NCBI GenBank assembly: GCA_044376545.1 | Contig: JBILKT010000001.1 | Location: 1-31,958 of the forward strand | Direction of reading: 5' to 3' | Length of the DNA: 31,958 nucleotides | From: Alphaproteobacteria bacterium | GTDB lineage: Bacteria; Pseudomonadota; Alphaproteobacteria; JAJTHO01; CANGXP01 | Shown: positions 8,033 to 17,111 of the stretch, one piece after another | Position numbering within the stretch: position 1 is the first letter of the stretch | Layout: every line of letters begins with the position of its first letter | The notes under the pieces: generated by a model | What the model was told of the DNA's origin: nothing | The model's database searches: none | Seen by the model: only the letters and a program-made list of their open reading frames with translations | Position numbers and translations under genes: made by a program

Positions 8033-10537
8033 CTAATATATACCGTTTAGCACCCCTGCATCCTTCGGCGCAACGGATTCATCACTACCCATGGGGATGC
8101 TATCGTTTGCAGGCGATTCTTTATCAAAATTTTCTTCCGCAACAGGTTGATCGCCCGTTATTTCTTTTTGTGGTTCTTGGAGTTTTTGTTTTTTGAAGGC
8201 TTCAAAAATCACATCTTTGTCGCCATAACCAGCAGGACGACCTGTTTTATGACTGACCCGCATGAGGCGAATATCGGGCGGCACACGGAAGGGCGATGGT
8301 GGATTATCTTTCAGCGCAAGTTCCATGAAATCACGGAATACGGGTGCGGCATTGCTCCCCCCCGTTACTTTTTTGCCCAAACTACGGGGATTATCAAAGC
8401 CCATATACAGCCCGACGACTAAATCTGGCGAAAAGCCCACAAACCAGACGTCTTTGTTGTCATTTGTTGTCCCTGTTTTGCCTGCCAAAGGCGCATCGGG
8501 CAAAGATTTGCCAATGACAGATCCTGTGCCTGCCCGTACCACGCCTTGCAGCATGGAAATCATCTGATACGCGCTGCCTGCATCAGTAATTTGCGGTCTA
8601 TTGTCAGGAATCTCCGGAATTTTCTGGTTGTCCCACCCAAGCGAATTACATTGGGGGCACTCTCTTGTATCGTGTTTGTAAATGTTTTTGCCTGTTCTGT
8701 CCTGAATGCGATCAATCAGCGTGGGAGTTACTTTTTTACCGCCGTTTACAAACACCGCATACGCGCTTGTCATTTGCAATAAATTAACTTCCAGCGCCCC
8801 CAGCACAGCGGAATAGCGCGCAGGCATGTTTTCCATAATGCCAAAGCGGCGTACCACATCTTGGATGGGTTTCATGCCAATGGCTTGGGCAATGCGCACG
8901 GTCATGGAATTACGCGATTTTTCTAATCCCACGCGCATTGTGGTGGGACCATAAAATTCATCTTTATAGTTTGAAGGACGCCAGATGCCTAACCCCGGCC
9001 CTAGGTAAATGCTGATGGGGGCGTCTAAAATAATGGTGTTTGGTTGATAGCCATTCTCTAGACCTGCAAGATAAATAAACGGCTTGAAGGTAGACCCTGG
9101 TTGGCGTTTTGCTTGTGTTGCGCGATTAAATTCACTGCCTTCGTAGTTAAAGCCCCCTACCATGGCGAGAACGCGCCCTGTATGGGGATCAAGCGCAATA
9201 AGCCCCCCGCTGATGAGTGGCATTTGTTGTAGATCATACAACGGTTTTGTCACGTCTTTATCTTGGCGCAGGGTAACAAATATCACATCCCCGCGCTTTA
9301 AAAAGCCTGAAAGGGTTTTGTTTTTTGTCCATGTCACGCTTTTGGCATCAAAAAAGCCTTCTTGCCCCTCTTGTGTGAGCAAGGTCGCACTGTTCGCCTC
9401 TGCTTTCATGATAACAGCAAGATTCCAGCCCAAATTTTTGTTAGGATTGGGGGTGGCGGCCAGTGCGGCAAGAGCATGAGGATCACTCGGATCAATCGTG
9501 TTTAATGCCCCGCGCCAGCCCCGTTTTTGGTCATATTCCAATAACCCCTTCCGAAATACTGTTTCGCCAATTTTCTGTAAAAAAGGAACAAGTGTCGTGC
9601 GCACAGAATAGCCGCCGCTATACAACTCTTTTTCACCATATTTTTGTCCTAACCAACGGCGTACTTCTTCAGCAAAATACTCTGCGGTGACATATTCGGT
9701 TGCATCGCGTTGTACAGTCCTTAGGGGTGTTGTTTGCGCCTGCTGCATCTGCTCGAACGTGATGAATTTTTGCCCATACATCTCACGCAACACCCAATTA
9801 CGGCGTTCCATCGCCTCTTTATAGGCACGTTTAGGATTATAATTGTTAGGGGCTTTCGGCAACGCTGCTAAATAGGCCGCTTCTGCGGGAAGCAACTCAT
9901 CAAGCGATTTATTGAAATAGTTGAGGGCTGCCGCTGCAACGCCATAAGATCCTTCACCTAAATAAATTTCATTAAGGTATAGCTCTAAAATTTGCTGTTT
10001 TGTAAAAACGCTTTCAATGCGGAACGCCAAAATGGCTTCTTTAATTTTTCGCTCAAGAGATACTTCGTTGGTCAACAAAAAGTTTTTTGCAACCTGTTGT
10101 GTGATGGTTGAGGCGCCTTGCGGCCGGCGATTACCGCCTTCTAATTTCTTAATCAGATTGCCAAATCCTGCACGGGCAATACTGAGAAAGTTCACACCGC
10201 CATGCTTATAAAATTGTTGGTCTTCGGCTGCTAAAAATGCGTGAATAACAAGCGGGGGGATGGCGTCAATCGGTACAAAAACACGTTTTTCTTGGGCGTA
10301 TTCTGCTAAAATCCGGCCATCTCCTGCGTGAAGGCGGGTAACAACAGGCGGCGTATAATTACGCAACTGTTTGTGATCTGGCAAATCACGTCCATATTTA
10401 TAAAAACCAAACAAGATAACAATAAGAACACAACAAACACCTACAAGTCCTGAATAGGCAAAAAAACGGAACAGCTTGCCCAAAAAGCTTTTGGACTGTT
10501 TTCCTACCTGCTCTGAAGAGGTGAGTATTTTTGCCAT
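8033..10537 (-). CDS. mrcA: Penicillin-binding protein 1A (transglycosylase/transpeptidase)
   Basis: N-terminal TM helix; GT51 motifs EDQQFYKHGG and GASTITQQVAKN; transpeptidase STFK, SRN, KTGT. Confidence 0.95.
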   Translation of the reverse strand: MAKILTSSEQVGKQSKSFLGKLFRFFAYSGLVGVCCVLIVILFGFYKYGRDLPDHKQLRNYTPPVVTRLHAGDGRILAEYAQEKRVFVPIDAIPPLVIHAFLAAEDQQFYKHGGVNFLSIARAGFGNLIKKLEGGNRRPQGASTITQQVAKNFLLTNEVSLERKIKEAILAFRIESVFTKQQILELYLNEIYLGEGSYGVAAAALNYFNKSLDELLPAEAAYLAALPKAPNNYNPKRAYKEAMERRNWVLREMYGQKFITFEQMQQAQTTPLRTVQRDATEYVTAEYFAEEVRRWLGQKYGEKELYSGGYSVRTTLVPFLQKIGETVFRKGLLEYDQKRGWRGALNTIDPSDPHALAALAATPNPNKNLGWNLAVIMKAEANSATLLTQEGQEGFFDAKSVTWTKNKTLSGFLKRGDVIFVTLRQDKDVTKPLYDLQQMPLISGGLIALDPHTGRVLAMVGGFNYEGSEFNRATQAKRQPGSTFKPFIYLAGLENGYQPNTIILDAPISIYLGPGLGIWRPSNYKDEFYGPTTMRVGLEKSRNSMTVRIAQAIGMKPIQDVVRRFGIMENMPARYSAVLGALEVNLLQMTSAYAVFVNGGKKVTPTLIDRIQDRTGKNIYKHDTRECPQCNSLGWDNQKIPEIPDNRPQITDAGSAYQMISMLQGVVRAGTGSVIGKSLPDAPLAGKTGTTNDNKDVWFVGFSPDLVVGLYMGFDNPRSLGKKVTGGSNAAPVFRDFMELALKDNPPSPFRVPPDIRLMRVSHKTGRPAGYGDKDVIFEAFKKQKLQEPQKEITGDQPVAEENFDKESPANDSIPMGSDESVAPKDAGVLNGIY

Positions 10538-11755
10538 TTATCGAAGCGCGTTAGTGTTGAAAAAGCTGTTAGTGGCAGCAACAATCCCTGCAACAATGCG
10601 TGCACGATATTGTGATTGCCGTAGTTGATACTCCTCACGCGGGTTAGAAATATAGCCCATTTCTAACAACACAGCGGGCGTATCGGGTGCTTTTAACACC
10701 ATAAACCCTGCAAAGCGATGGGTTTTTTCACGCACTACCACACGCTGCGAGAGTTCGCGCACCAATGCCGTTGCAAAACGAGCAGACATGTTCATGGTTT
10801 CACGTTGCACCAAATCAATAAGTATACTGCTCACTTCTTTATTTTCGCCGTAAAGATTCACACCACTTATTAAGTCAGCTTTGTTTTCTTTGGCCGCCAA
10901 AAGCCCTGCTTCTTTATCAGACGCCTTTTCTGATAGCGTATAGACAGACAAACCATCCGCCATTTGACTGGGCGCAGAATCAGCATGCAAGGAAATGAAC
11001 AGGGCCGCATTTTTTTGATGGGCAAAATGGGTGCGTTCCCGCAAGGGAATAAACACATCTGTTGCACGCGTCATGTAGACTTCATAGCGCCCTGTACGGA
11101 GCAGTGCCTCGCGGAGTTCTAGCCCCACGCGCAACGTGATATCTTTTTCAAACGTGCCTGATTTTCCAATGGCACCCGGATCTTTTCCACCATGACCAGG
11201 GTCAATGACCACCACCATTTTTTTTGACTTTGTACGGGATAATGGTGCGACCTTATCAGCGCTACTAAGCAATTTTTTTTGTGATTTTGGAATTACATCA
11301 ATAACATATCGCGCCTTTTGCGTGTCATTTTTGGGTAAATAAAACTGTTTGCTTATGAGCGGGTCTTCTTTGGTTTGTAAAACGACCCTATATCCCGATC
11401 CCGATCCCGATCCTGCATCATTATCGCGTTGTTGGACGCTGCGAACAATTCCTGATTTTCTCGGTAAATCAATGGATTGCCCGCGCCAAGTGCCATTATC
11501 AACATCAATAATAAGGCGGAATGGGTTTTGTGCTGTGGAAATTCTACATGAGGGTGTGCCGGATAGCTCGACAACAATGCGGGTTTTATCAGGATGCTCG
11601 CCCACACGCACAGCATAAATATCAACGGGTTGGACAGGCGGTTGGGCAGCAGCGATGAGGCTTATGCTGCATAAAAAAATACTAAAAAATACTATAAGGA
11701 AACGCATTATAAAGTTATCACAATTTTTTTCAGGAAATCTTAAAGGTTTCTTCAT
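10538..11755 (-). CDS. amiC: N-acetylmuramoyl-L-alanine amidase (AMIN + Amidase_3); start may instead be ATG 11707
   Basis: Signal peptide MRFLIVFF..., AMIN-like HPDKTRIVVEL, catalytic IDPGHGGKDPG, FISLHAD, LLEMGY; stop abuts the PBP1A ATG. Confidence 0.9.
   Translation of the reverse strand: MKKPLRFPEKNCDNFIMRFLIVFFSIFLCSISLIAAAQPPVQPVDIYAVRVGEHPDKTRIVVELSGTPSCRISTAQNPFRLIIDVDNGTWRGQSIDLPRKSGIVRSVQQRDNDAGSGSGSGYRVVLQTKEDPLISKQFYLPKNDTQKARYVIDVIPKSQKKLLSSADKVAPLSRTKSKKMVVVIDPGHGGKDPGAIGKSGTFEKDITLRVGLELREALLRTGRYEVYMTRATDVFIPLRERTHFAHQKNAALFISLHADSAPSQMADGLSVYTLSEKASDKEAGLLAAKENKADLISGVNLYGENKEVSSILIDLVQRETMNMSARFATALVRELSQRVVVREKTHRFAGFMVLKAPDTPAVLLEMGYISNPREEYQLRQSQYRARIVAGIVAATNSFFNTNALR
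11392..11413. repeat. In-frame hexanucleotide microsatellite (atcccg)x3.7 in amiC
   Basis: atcccgatcccgatcccgatcc encodes GSGSGSG on the minus strand. Confidence 0.85.
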
Positions 11756-12063
11756 TTTTTTACAGCATTAGCTTGTTTGATGCGGCAAGAATAATTTTGT
11801 TGTTGTGAGTGCGCAACGAATTCGCTACCATAACTTCATGATTACCACAAGTAATCAACAATAAAGAAGCAACACAATTGTAATGACCTATACTTTGTCC
11901 CTTTTCCCTGTCAGAAAATCCAGCGTAACGATGGCATGTCCCACGTTTTTCGCGCTGGAACTGCGGCGCATTGGTGCTTTGTTTTCTATCTTTTCTAAAA
12001 ACATATCGCGCACCGCAGGGTTGATTACCCGCCTGTGTCGTGACCTAACGGAGTCCTCCCCCC

Positions 12064-14475
12064 ATGACCACAACAATGTTGATCGATGCAACCCATGCTG
12101 AAGAAACCCGCGTAGCTATTATCGAAGGCAATACGCTCACTGAACTTGACTATGAAATAGCCGCCAAGCAAAATATTAAAGGGAACGTTTACCTTGCGAA
12201 AGTAACGCGTGTAGAGCCGTCACTGCAGGCTGCCTTTGTAGAGTATGGCAATAACAAGCAAGGTTTTCTGCCGTTCTCAGAAATCCATCCTGATTATTTT
12301 CGGATTCCTATCGCAGATAGAGAAGCGCTTATTGCGCAAGAAGCTGATTTTCAAGCCGAATCACAGGATGATGAAAATACTGAGTCACGGGAGGCTGTTG
12401 ATAATCAACCTGAAGAACCTCTGTTGGATGTGGAGGGAAATCCTGTTATCCCTGAAGGAATAGCGGAAGAAAAATCAGCGCCTGTTTCCATTAATGAAGA
12501 AGAAGGGGATTTTCGACCCCGTCGCTTTAACCCGAAGCGTCATTATAAAATTCAAGAAGTTATCAAAAAACACCAAATTATGTTGGTGCAGGTGACAAAA
12601 GAAGAGCGGGGCAATAAGGGCGCTGCGCTTACAACATATCTCTCTCTTGCAGGCCGCTATTGTGTGCTGATGCCAAATTCTTTGCGTGCGGGGGGTATTT
12701 CTCGCAAAATCAGCGATGGCAAAGACAGAAAGCGCATTAAAGAAATTCTGGAAGATTTAGAAATTCCTCAAGGTATTTCTATTATTGTTCGCACTGCAGG
12801 GTCGGAGCGTAATAAAACAGAAATTAAGCGAGATTATGAATACCTCTCGCGCTTGTGGGATCAAATTCGCCAAGATACGCTAGAAGCGAATGCCCCTGCG
12901 TTGATTTATGAAGAGGGCAACCTTATTAAACGGGCTTTGCGTGACATGTACCAAAGCGAAACAGGGGATATTTGGGTTGAAGGGGAAACAGGCTACAAAA
13001 CCGCCAAAAATTTCATGAAAATGTTGATGCCAACCCATGTAAAACGGGTACAGCAGTATAAAGATCCTATCGTGCCGTTGTTCCAACGCCATCATGTAGA
13101 AGAGCAAATTGACAGTATTTTGAAGCCCGTTGCCATATTACCCTCGGGGGGATATTTGGTTATTAACCAAACAGAAGCGTTGGTTTCTATTGATGTGAAC
13201 TCAGGGCGTGCAATTCGCGAGCGTAACATTGAAGAAACAGCGTTGCGTACCAACTTAGAGGCGGCCGATGAACTTGCGCGACAACTGCGCCTGCGTGACC
13301 TTGCAGGATTGGTGGTAGTTGACTTTATCGATATGGAAGACAGGCGCAACAATCATGTTGTGGAAAAGGCGTTGCGCGATGCGTTAAGACACGACAGAGC
13401 GCGTCTGCAAGTGGGACGGATTAGTAACTTTGGTTTGCTGGAAATGTCTCGGCAACGGTTGCGTCCTTCTGTAACAGAATTAAATAGTGAAACGTGTTCT
13501 CATTGCGCAGGTGCGGGGCGTGTGCGCTCGTCGGCAGGTCAAGCATTGCAAATTATTCGTGCAATTGAAGTGGAAGGCATGCAAAATCGTACGGCGGTGC
13601 TGAAAGTGCATACCCACACAGGTATTGCGTTTTACATGTTAAATACAATGCGCGAAGCCCTACAAGATATTGAACAACGTTATCATTTTCATGTTGTCTT
13701 TGCTGAAGATCATAGTCTTGGGGCGCAAGAATATCGTCTAGAGACAGTGGAAACGCTGACAGAAGAGCAACGCGCTGAATATAATACCCCCAGCCACGAA
13801 GCCTATTGGGCAGAACGTGCCAAGATATTGGCAGAAAAAGAAGAGCAAGCCAAACGGCAGAACAAAGCAGGCGGACGCAATGAGCGTCGGCGTGGGCGCG
13901 ATCGCTTTAATCGCGACCGAGATAGGACGCAACCACAAGCAGATACAGAACAAGGCGAAAATAGAGAACATCTTGATATTGCTGCGGACGGGTCTGGAGA
14001 AAATGTGCGTGAACGAAGTGAACGGGGTGGTCGTGGTCGTCGTGGCAGACGGGGTGGTCGTCGTCGCGAAGGAGAGTATGGCGAGAACCGCTTTACTGAC
14101 AACACAACAACAGAGGAATTTTCAACAGAAGACGCAGGCGCGTATCCCCTCACAGTAGAACAACCCCATCTTGATTTGCCTATCACTGTAGAAAGCAACG
14201 TGCCAGTGGCAGAAGTGGAAGCAGAGAAACCCCGTCGTGGACGTGGCAGAGCAAAAGCAAAGTCTGTGACACAACCTGAGGCAACATCTGAAATTGCCGC
14301 CGTATCGTCTGTCCGCCAAGAAAAACCTGTAGTCTCCCCCCCTATTGAGATTATCGCTGCGCCAAAGCAACGTTCTGCAGAAGAAAAATCGGACAAGAAG
14401 CCAGAAAATGTTGCGTTGATTACGGATTCGCCAGAAAAACCTAAAAAAGGCTGGTGGTCAAAGTTTGTGATTTAA
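12064..14475 (+). CDS. rne: Ribonuclease E
   Basis: LIDATHAEETRVA, S1 domain VEPSLQAAFVEYG, IDVNSGR, Zn-link CSHC; disordered Arg-rich/acidic C-terminal region ending in KKGWWSKF. Confidence 0.97.
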   Translation: MTTTMLIDATHAEETRVAIIEGNTLTELDYEIAAKQNIKGNVYLAKVTRVEPSLQAAFVEYGNNKQGFLPFSEIHPDYFRIPIADREALIAQEADFQAESQDDENTESREAVDNQPEEPLLDVEGNPVIPEGIAEEKSAPVSINEEEGDFRPRRFNPKRHYKIQEVIKKHQIMLVQVTKEERGNKGAALTTYLSLAGRYCVLMPNSLRAGGISRKISDGKDRKRIKEILEDLEIPQGISIIVRTAGSERNKTEIKRDYEYLSRLWDQIRQDTLEANAPALIYEEGNLIKRALRDMYQSETGDIWVEGETGYKTAKNFMKMLMPTHVKRVQQYKDPIVPLFQRHHVEEQIDSILKPVAILPSGGYLVINQTEALVSIDVNSGRAIRERNIEETALRTNLEAADELARQLRLRDLAGLVVVDFIDMEDRRNNHVVEKALRDALRHDRARLQVGRISNFGLLEMSRQRLRPSVTELNSETCSHCAGAGRVRSSAGQALQIIRAIEVEGMQNRTAVLKVHTHTGIAFYMLNTMREALQDIEQRYHFHVVFAEDHSLGAQEYRLETVETLTEEQRAEYNTPSHEAYWAERAKILAEKEEQAKRQNKAGGRNERRRGRDRFNRDRDRTQPQADTEQGENREHLDIAADGSGENVRERSERGGRGRRGRRGGRRREGEYGENRFTDNTTTEEFSTEDAGAYPLTVEQPHLDLPITVESNVPVAEVEAEKPRRGRGRAKAKSVTQPEATSEIAAVSSVRQEKPVVSPPIEIIAAPKQRSAEEKSDKKPENVALITDSPEKPKKGWWSKFVI

Positions 14476-14504
14476 CAAAGGAAGTGTGAATATTTGAACA
14501 ACGC

Positions 14505-15368
14505 CTACACAGACAACACAGGTTTCCTCGCCACTACACAGCGTGGATTCCCTGCGAGATCGTGTTTACACACGATCACCTGTAAACCCGCTTCGGCCAC
14601 GAATGCCTCAACAGCGGCTTGTTGTGTATAGCCAATCTCTAAAAACACAGAGCCTTGTGGCTGCAAAACAGTTGCCAGTAACGGGATAAGCTGTCGATAG
14701 GCGTCCAATCCATCTGCGCCCCCATCTAGGGCTACTACAGGATCAAATTCTCTCACCTCTGGTGCGAGTGTGGCGATTTCTGCTGTGGCAATATAGGGCG
14801 GATTGCTCAAAATCACATCAAACACCCCATCAACAGGCGCAGTCCAACTGCCTTGTAAAAACGTTGTCCGTGCTGTCATGCCCAACGCCTCAGCGTTATG
14901 GTGCGCTATTTTTAGTGCCTCAGATGAAATATCCACCCCCACACCTGTGCTCTCTGGATATTCCTGTAACGCTGCCAGTAACAAACAGCCACTACCCGTG
15001 CCGATATCTAAAAACCGTAACGGCACATCATGATTGGGGTAATATTCCAGCACCGCATCGATCACGGTTTCACTATCAGGGCGCGGATCCAGCGTTGCTG
15101 TCGACACCCGAAACGGCAAGCTCCAAAACTCTTTTTCGCCGACAATTTTTGACAATGGCTCACGTTTGCAACGCCGCTCGACATAATGCTCAATATCGAT
15201 GCCTTGGCGAAAAGAAAGATGGTCGGGGGCGTCTACATATAAGGTTACAGGCGGCAACCCTAGCGCGTAGGCAACCAGCACCCGGGCTTCATAGTCTTCA
15301 TTTTCGATACCCACCTGCCACAGGCGTTTCGCTACGCGACTGACAATGTCTTGTACGTTATGCATCAT
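14505..15368 (-). CDS. prmC: Release factor glutamine methyltransferase
   Basis: RRCKREPLSKIVGEKEFWSL, TLDPRPDSET, LDIGTGSGC, SNPPY, DGGADGL. Confidence 0.96.
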   Translation of the reverse strand: MMHNVQDIVSRVAKRLWQVGIENEDYEARVLVAYALGLPPVTLYVDAPDHLSFRQGIDIEHYVERRCKREPLSKIVGEKEFWSLPFRVSTATLDPRPDSETVIDAVLEYYPNHDVPLRFLDIGTGSGCLLLAALQEYPESTGVGVDISSEALKIAHHNAEALGMTARTTFLQGSWTAPVDGVFDVILSNPPYIATAEIATLAPEVREFDPVVALDGGADGLDAYRQLIPLLATVLQPQGSVFLEIGYTQQAAVEAFVAEAGLQVIVCKHDLAGNPRCVVARKPVLSV

Positions 15369-15376
15369 CCACCATA

Positions 15377-15445
15377 GGTTTTCGGTTTTGGGTTTTCGGT
15401 TTTAAGAATGCCCTTTTCAAAACCGAAAAGCGAAAACCTGAAACC
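15377..15445. repeat. Hairpin made of inverted heptamer tandem repeats between prfA and prmC
   Basis: ggttttc-ggttttg-ggttttc-ggtttta (15377-15404), a 13-nt loop, then caaaacc-gaaaagc-gaaaacc-tgaaacc (15418-15445). Confidence 0.8.
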
Positions 15446-15458
15446 AAAAATGGCAAGA

Positions 15459-16538
15459 CTACTCATCGACATTAGACAACTTAGCCGCCTGATCCTCGGC
15501 AATCAGTGCCTCAATTAATTCGTCTACTTCTCCTTCTAACACCCGATCTAGTTTATAGAGTGTAAGATTAATACGGTGGTCCGTGACGCGTCCTTGCGGA
15601 TAGTTATAGGTGCGGATGCGTTCCGAGCGATCGCCCGTGCCCACTTGCCCACGTCTGTCTGCGGAGCGTGCGGCATCAATCGCCGCCAATTTTTGATCAT
15701 ATAAACGTGCGCGTAATACCCGTAACGCTTTAGCTTTGTTCTTATGTTGCGATTTTTCATCTTGTTGTTGTACCACAAGCCCTGTGGGAATGTGGGTAAT
15801 CCGCACCGCACTATCGGTGGTGTTGACTGATTGCCCGCCGGGGCCTCCTGAGCGAAACACATCAATGCGTAAATCTTTTTCCAAGATTTCAATATCCACT
15901 TCTTCTGCCTCTGGCAACACGGCAACTGTTGCTGTGGAGGTATGAATACGCCCGTTTGCTTCTGTATCAGGCACGCGCTGCACACGGTGTACGCCTGATT
16001 CAAATTTAAGTTTGGCAAATACACTTTTGCCGTTAATTTGTGCGCTCGCGTCTTTTAGCCCGCCGATGCCTGTATCGCCATAGTTCAGAATTTCAAACTT
16101 CCAGCCCTGCCGTTCGGCGTAGCGTTGATACATGCGGAATAAATTTGCGGCGAATAACGCGGCTTCATCACCGCCTGCCCCTGCGCGAAATTCGATAATC
16201 GCGTTTCTATCGTCTGCTTCATCTTTGGGGAGGAGCATCACCCGAATGGCATGATCTTGCAGCGGAATTTGTTCTTTTAGCGCGTAAATTTCTTCCTCCG
16301 CCATGGCATGCATCTCTGCATCCAGCGCGGGATCCGCCAGCATGGCTTCCGCCTCCGCCAAAGCCTGCACCGCTTTTTGGTTTTCTTCAATTTTTTCAGC
16401 GATTTCTGTTAAATCGGCATATTCTTTGGAGAGTTTGACAAACTCGGGCGACGCCGCAGAAATCTCCCCGTCTGATAACAGGCGTTTGAGTTCTTCATAA
16501 CGTTCCAGCACTTTTTCTAATTTTCGTTGCCACGACAT
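15459..16538 (-). CDS. prfA: Peptide chain release factor 1
   Basis: [25 protein letters not shown] (PxT), [24 protein letters not shown]; SD GAGGGG upstream. Confidence 0.97.
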   Translation of the reverse strand: MSWQRKLEKVLERYEELKRLLSDGEISAASPEFVKLSKEYADLTEIAEKIEENQKAVQALAEAEAMLADPALDAEMHAMAEEEIYALKEQIPLQDHAIRVMLLPKDEADDRNAIIEFRAGAGGDEAALFAANLFRMYQRYAERQGWKFEILNYGDTGIGGLKDASAQINGKSVFAKLKFESGVHRVQRVPDTEANGRIHTSTATVAVLPEAEEVDIEILEKDLRIDVFRSGGPGGQSVNTTDSAVRITHIPTGLVVQQQDEKSQHKNKAKALRVLRARLYDQKLAAIDAARSADRRGQVGTGDRSERIRTYNYPQGRVTDHRINLTLYKLDRVLEGEVDELIEALIAEDQAAKLSNVDE

Positions 16539-16596
16539 GGCGTTTGTCCCCTCATACTTAAAGAGGAGTTATAGCGCAGATGTGTTAAATAGCAAC

Positions 16597-16911
16597 CTAT
16601 TCGAACAAGATGTCCCGTCCCGTTCCCCTCTTCAAAACAGGCGGAATCATCTGTGTGAGATCATCATTTGCGGGATTAGCTGTTTTCTCCAAGCCTTTTG
16701 GGGAGACTGTTTGAGGCTGTTTCTGCAAATACATAATCGCATTGTCTAGCATATCTTGATGGAGCGTATCCATGTTATCCAGCGCTTCAAGGTTCACTTG
16801 AACAACATCATTTTCGTGTTGCATAAATTTCCGATAGCCTCTGTTGGGCTGTCCAGAAAGACGGGCAATCTGGTAAGCATGGTGATTAATATGGTGAAGA
16901 GCTTGGTGCAT
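16597..16911 (-). CDS. Hypothetical protein (104 aa)
   Basis: ATG-initiated ORF filling the hisS-prfA gap on the same strand; no recognised family and no clear SD. Confidence 0.5.
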   Translation of the reverse strand: MHQALHHINHHAYQIARLSGQPNRGYRKFMQHENDVVQVNLEALDNMDTLHQDMLDNAIMYLQKQPQTVSPKGLEKTANPANDDLTQMIPPVLKRGTGRDILFE

Positions 16912-16935
16912 AGCGGGGGGGCAGACCTATTTTTT

Positions 16936-17084
16936 TAGGTTCTGTTGAGATTTTAAGTATTTTGAGGTGAAAATGACGAAATTTCGAGAACCGCAACGCA
17001 AGTGTACTTCTTCGTACATGCGGAGCGGAAGCGCAGAAATACGTCATTTGCAAACCAAAAGACGACAAATATCAACAGAATCTA
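16936..17084. mobile_element. TA-flanked MITE-like palindromic element B (149 bp) with GTAC core
   Basis: TIRs taggttctgttgagattt and aaatatcaacagaatcta (16/18). Arms pair imperfectly along the whole length (e.g. aaatgacg/cgtcattt). Centred hairpin tgtac-ttcttc-gtaca at 17003-17018. Confidence 0.8.
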
Positions 17085-17111
17085 GTCTGCCGCAAATGTA
17101 TTAACAAACGC

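Noticed and set aside
11883-12101. Short ORFs 11883..12101 (+) and 11888..12091 (-) upstream of rne
   Set aside because: They overlap the rne start, show no recognisable motifs, and fall where a long rne leader and divergent promoters are expected. A TATACT at 11889 lacks a convincing -35, so no promoter was called either.
14020-14070. cgtggt/cgtcgt low-complexity repeats in rne
   Set aside because: Simply the codons of the Arg/Gly-rich disordered tail.
6919-16538. prfB, prmC and prfA within 10 kb as a dedicated translation-termination island
   Set aside because: Explained by two ordinary conserved blocks (amiC-mrcA-prfB with rne, and hisS-prfA-prmC) meeting; no shared regulatory signal was seen.
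16886-17068. 60-aa ORF on the minus strand
   Set aside because: It lies almost wholly inside palindromic element B; an incidental open frame.
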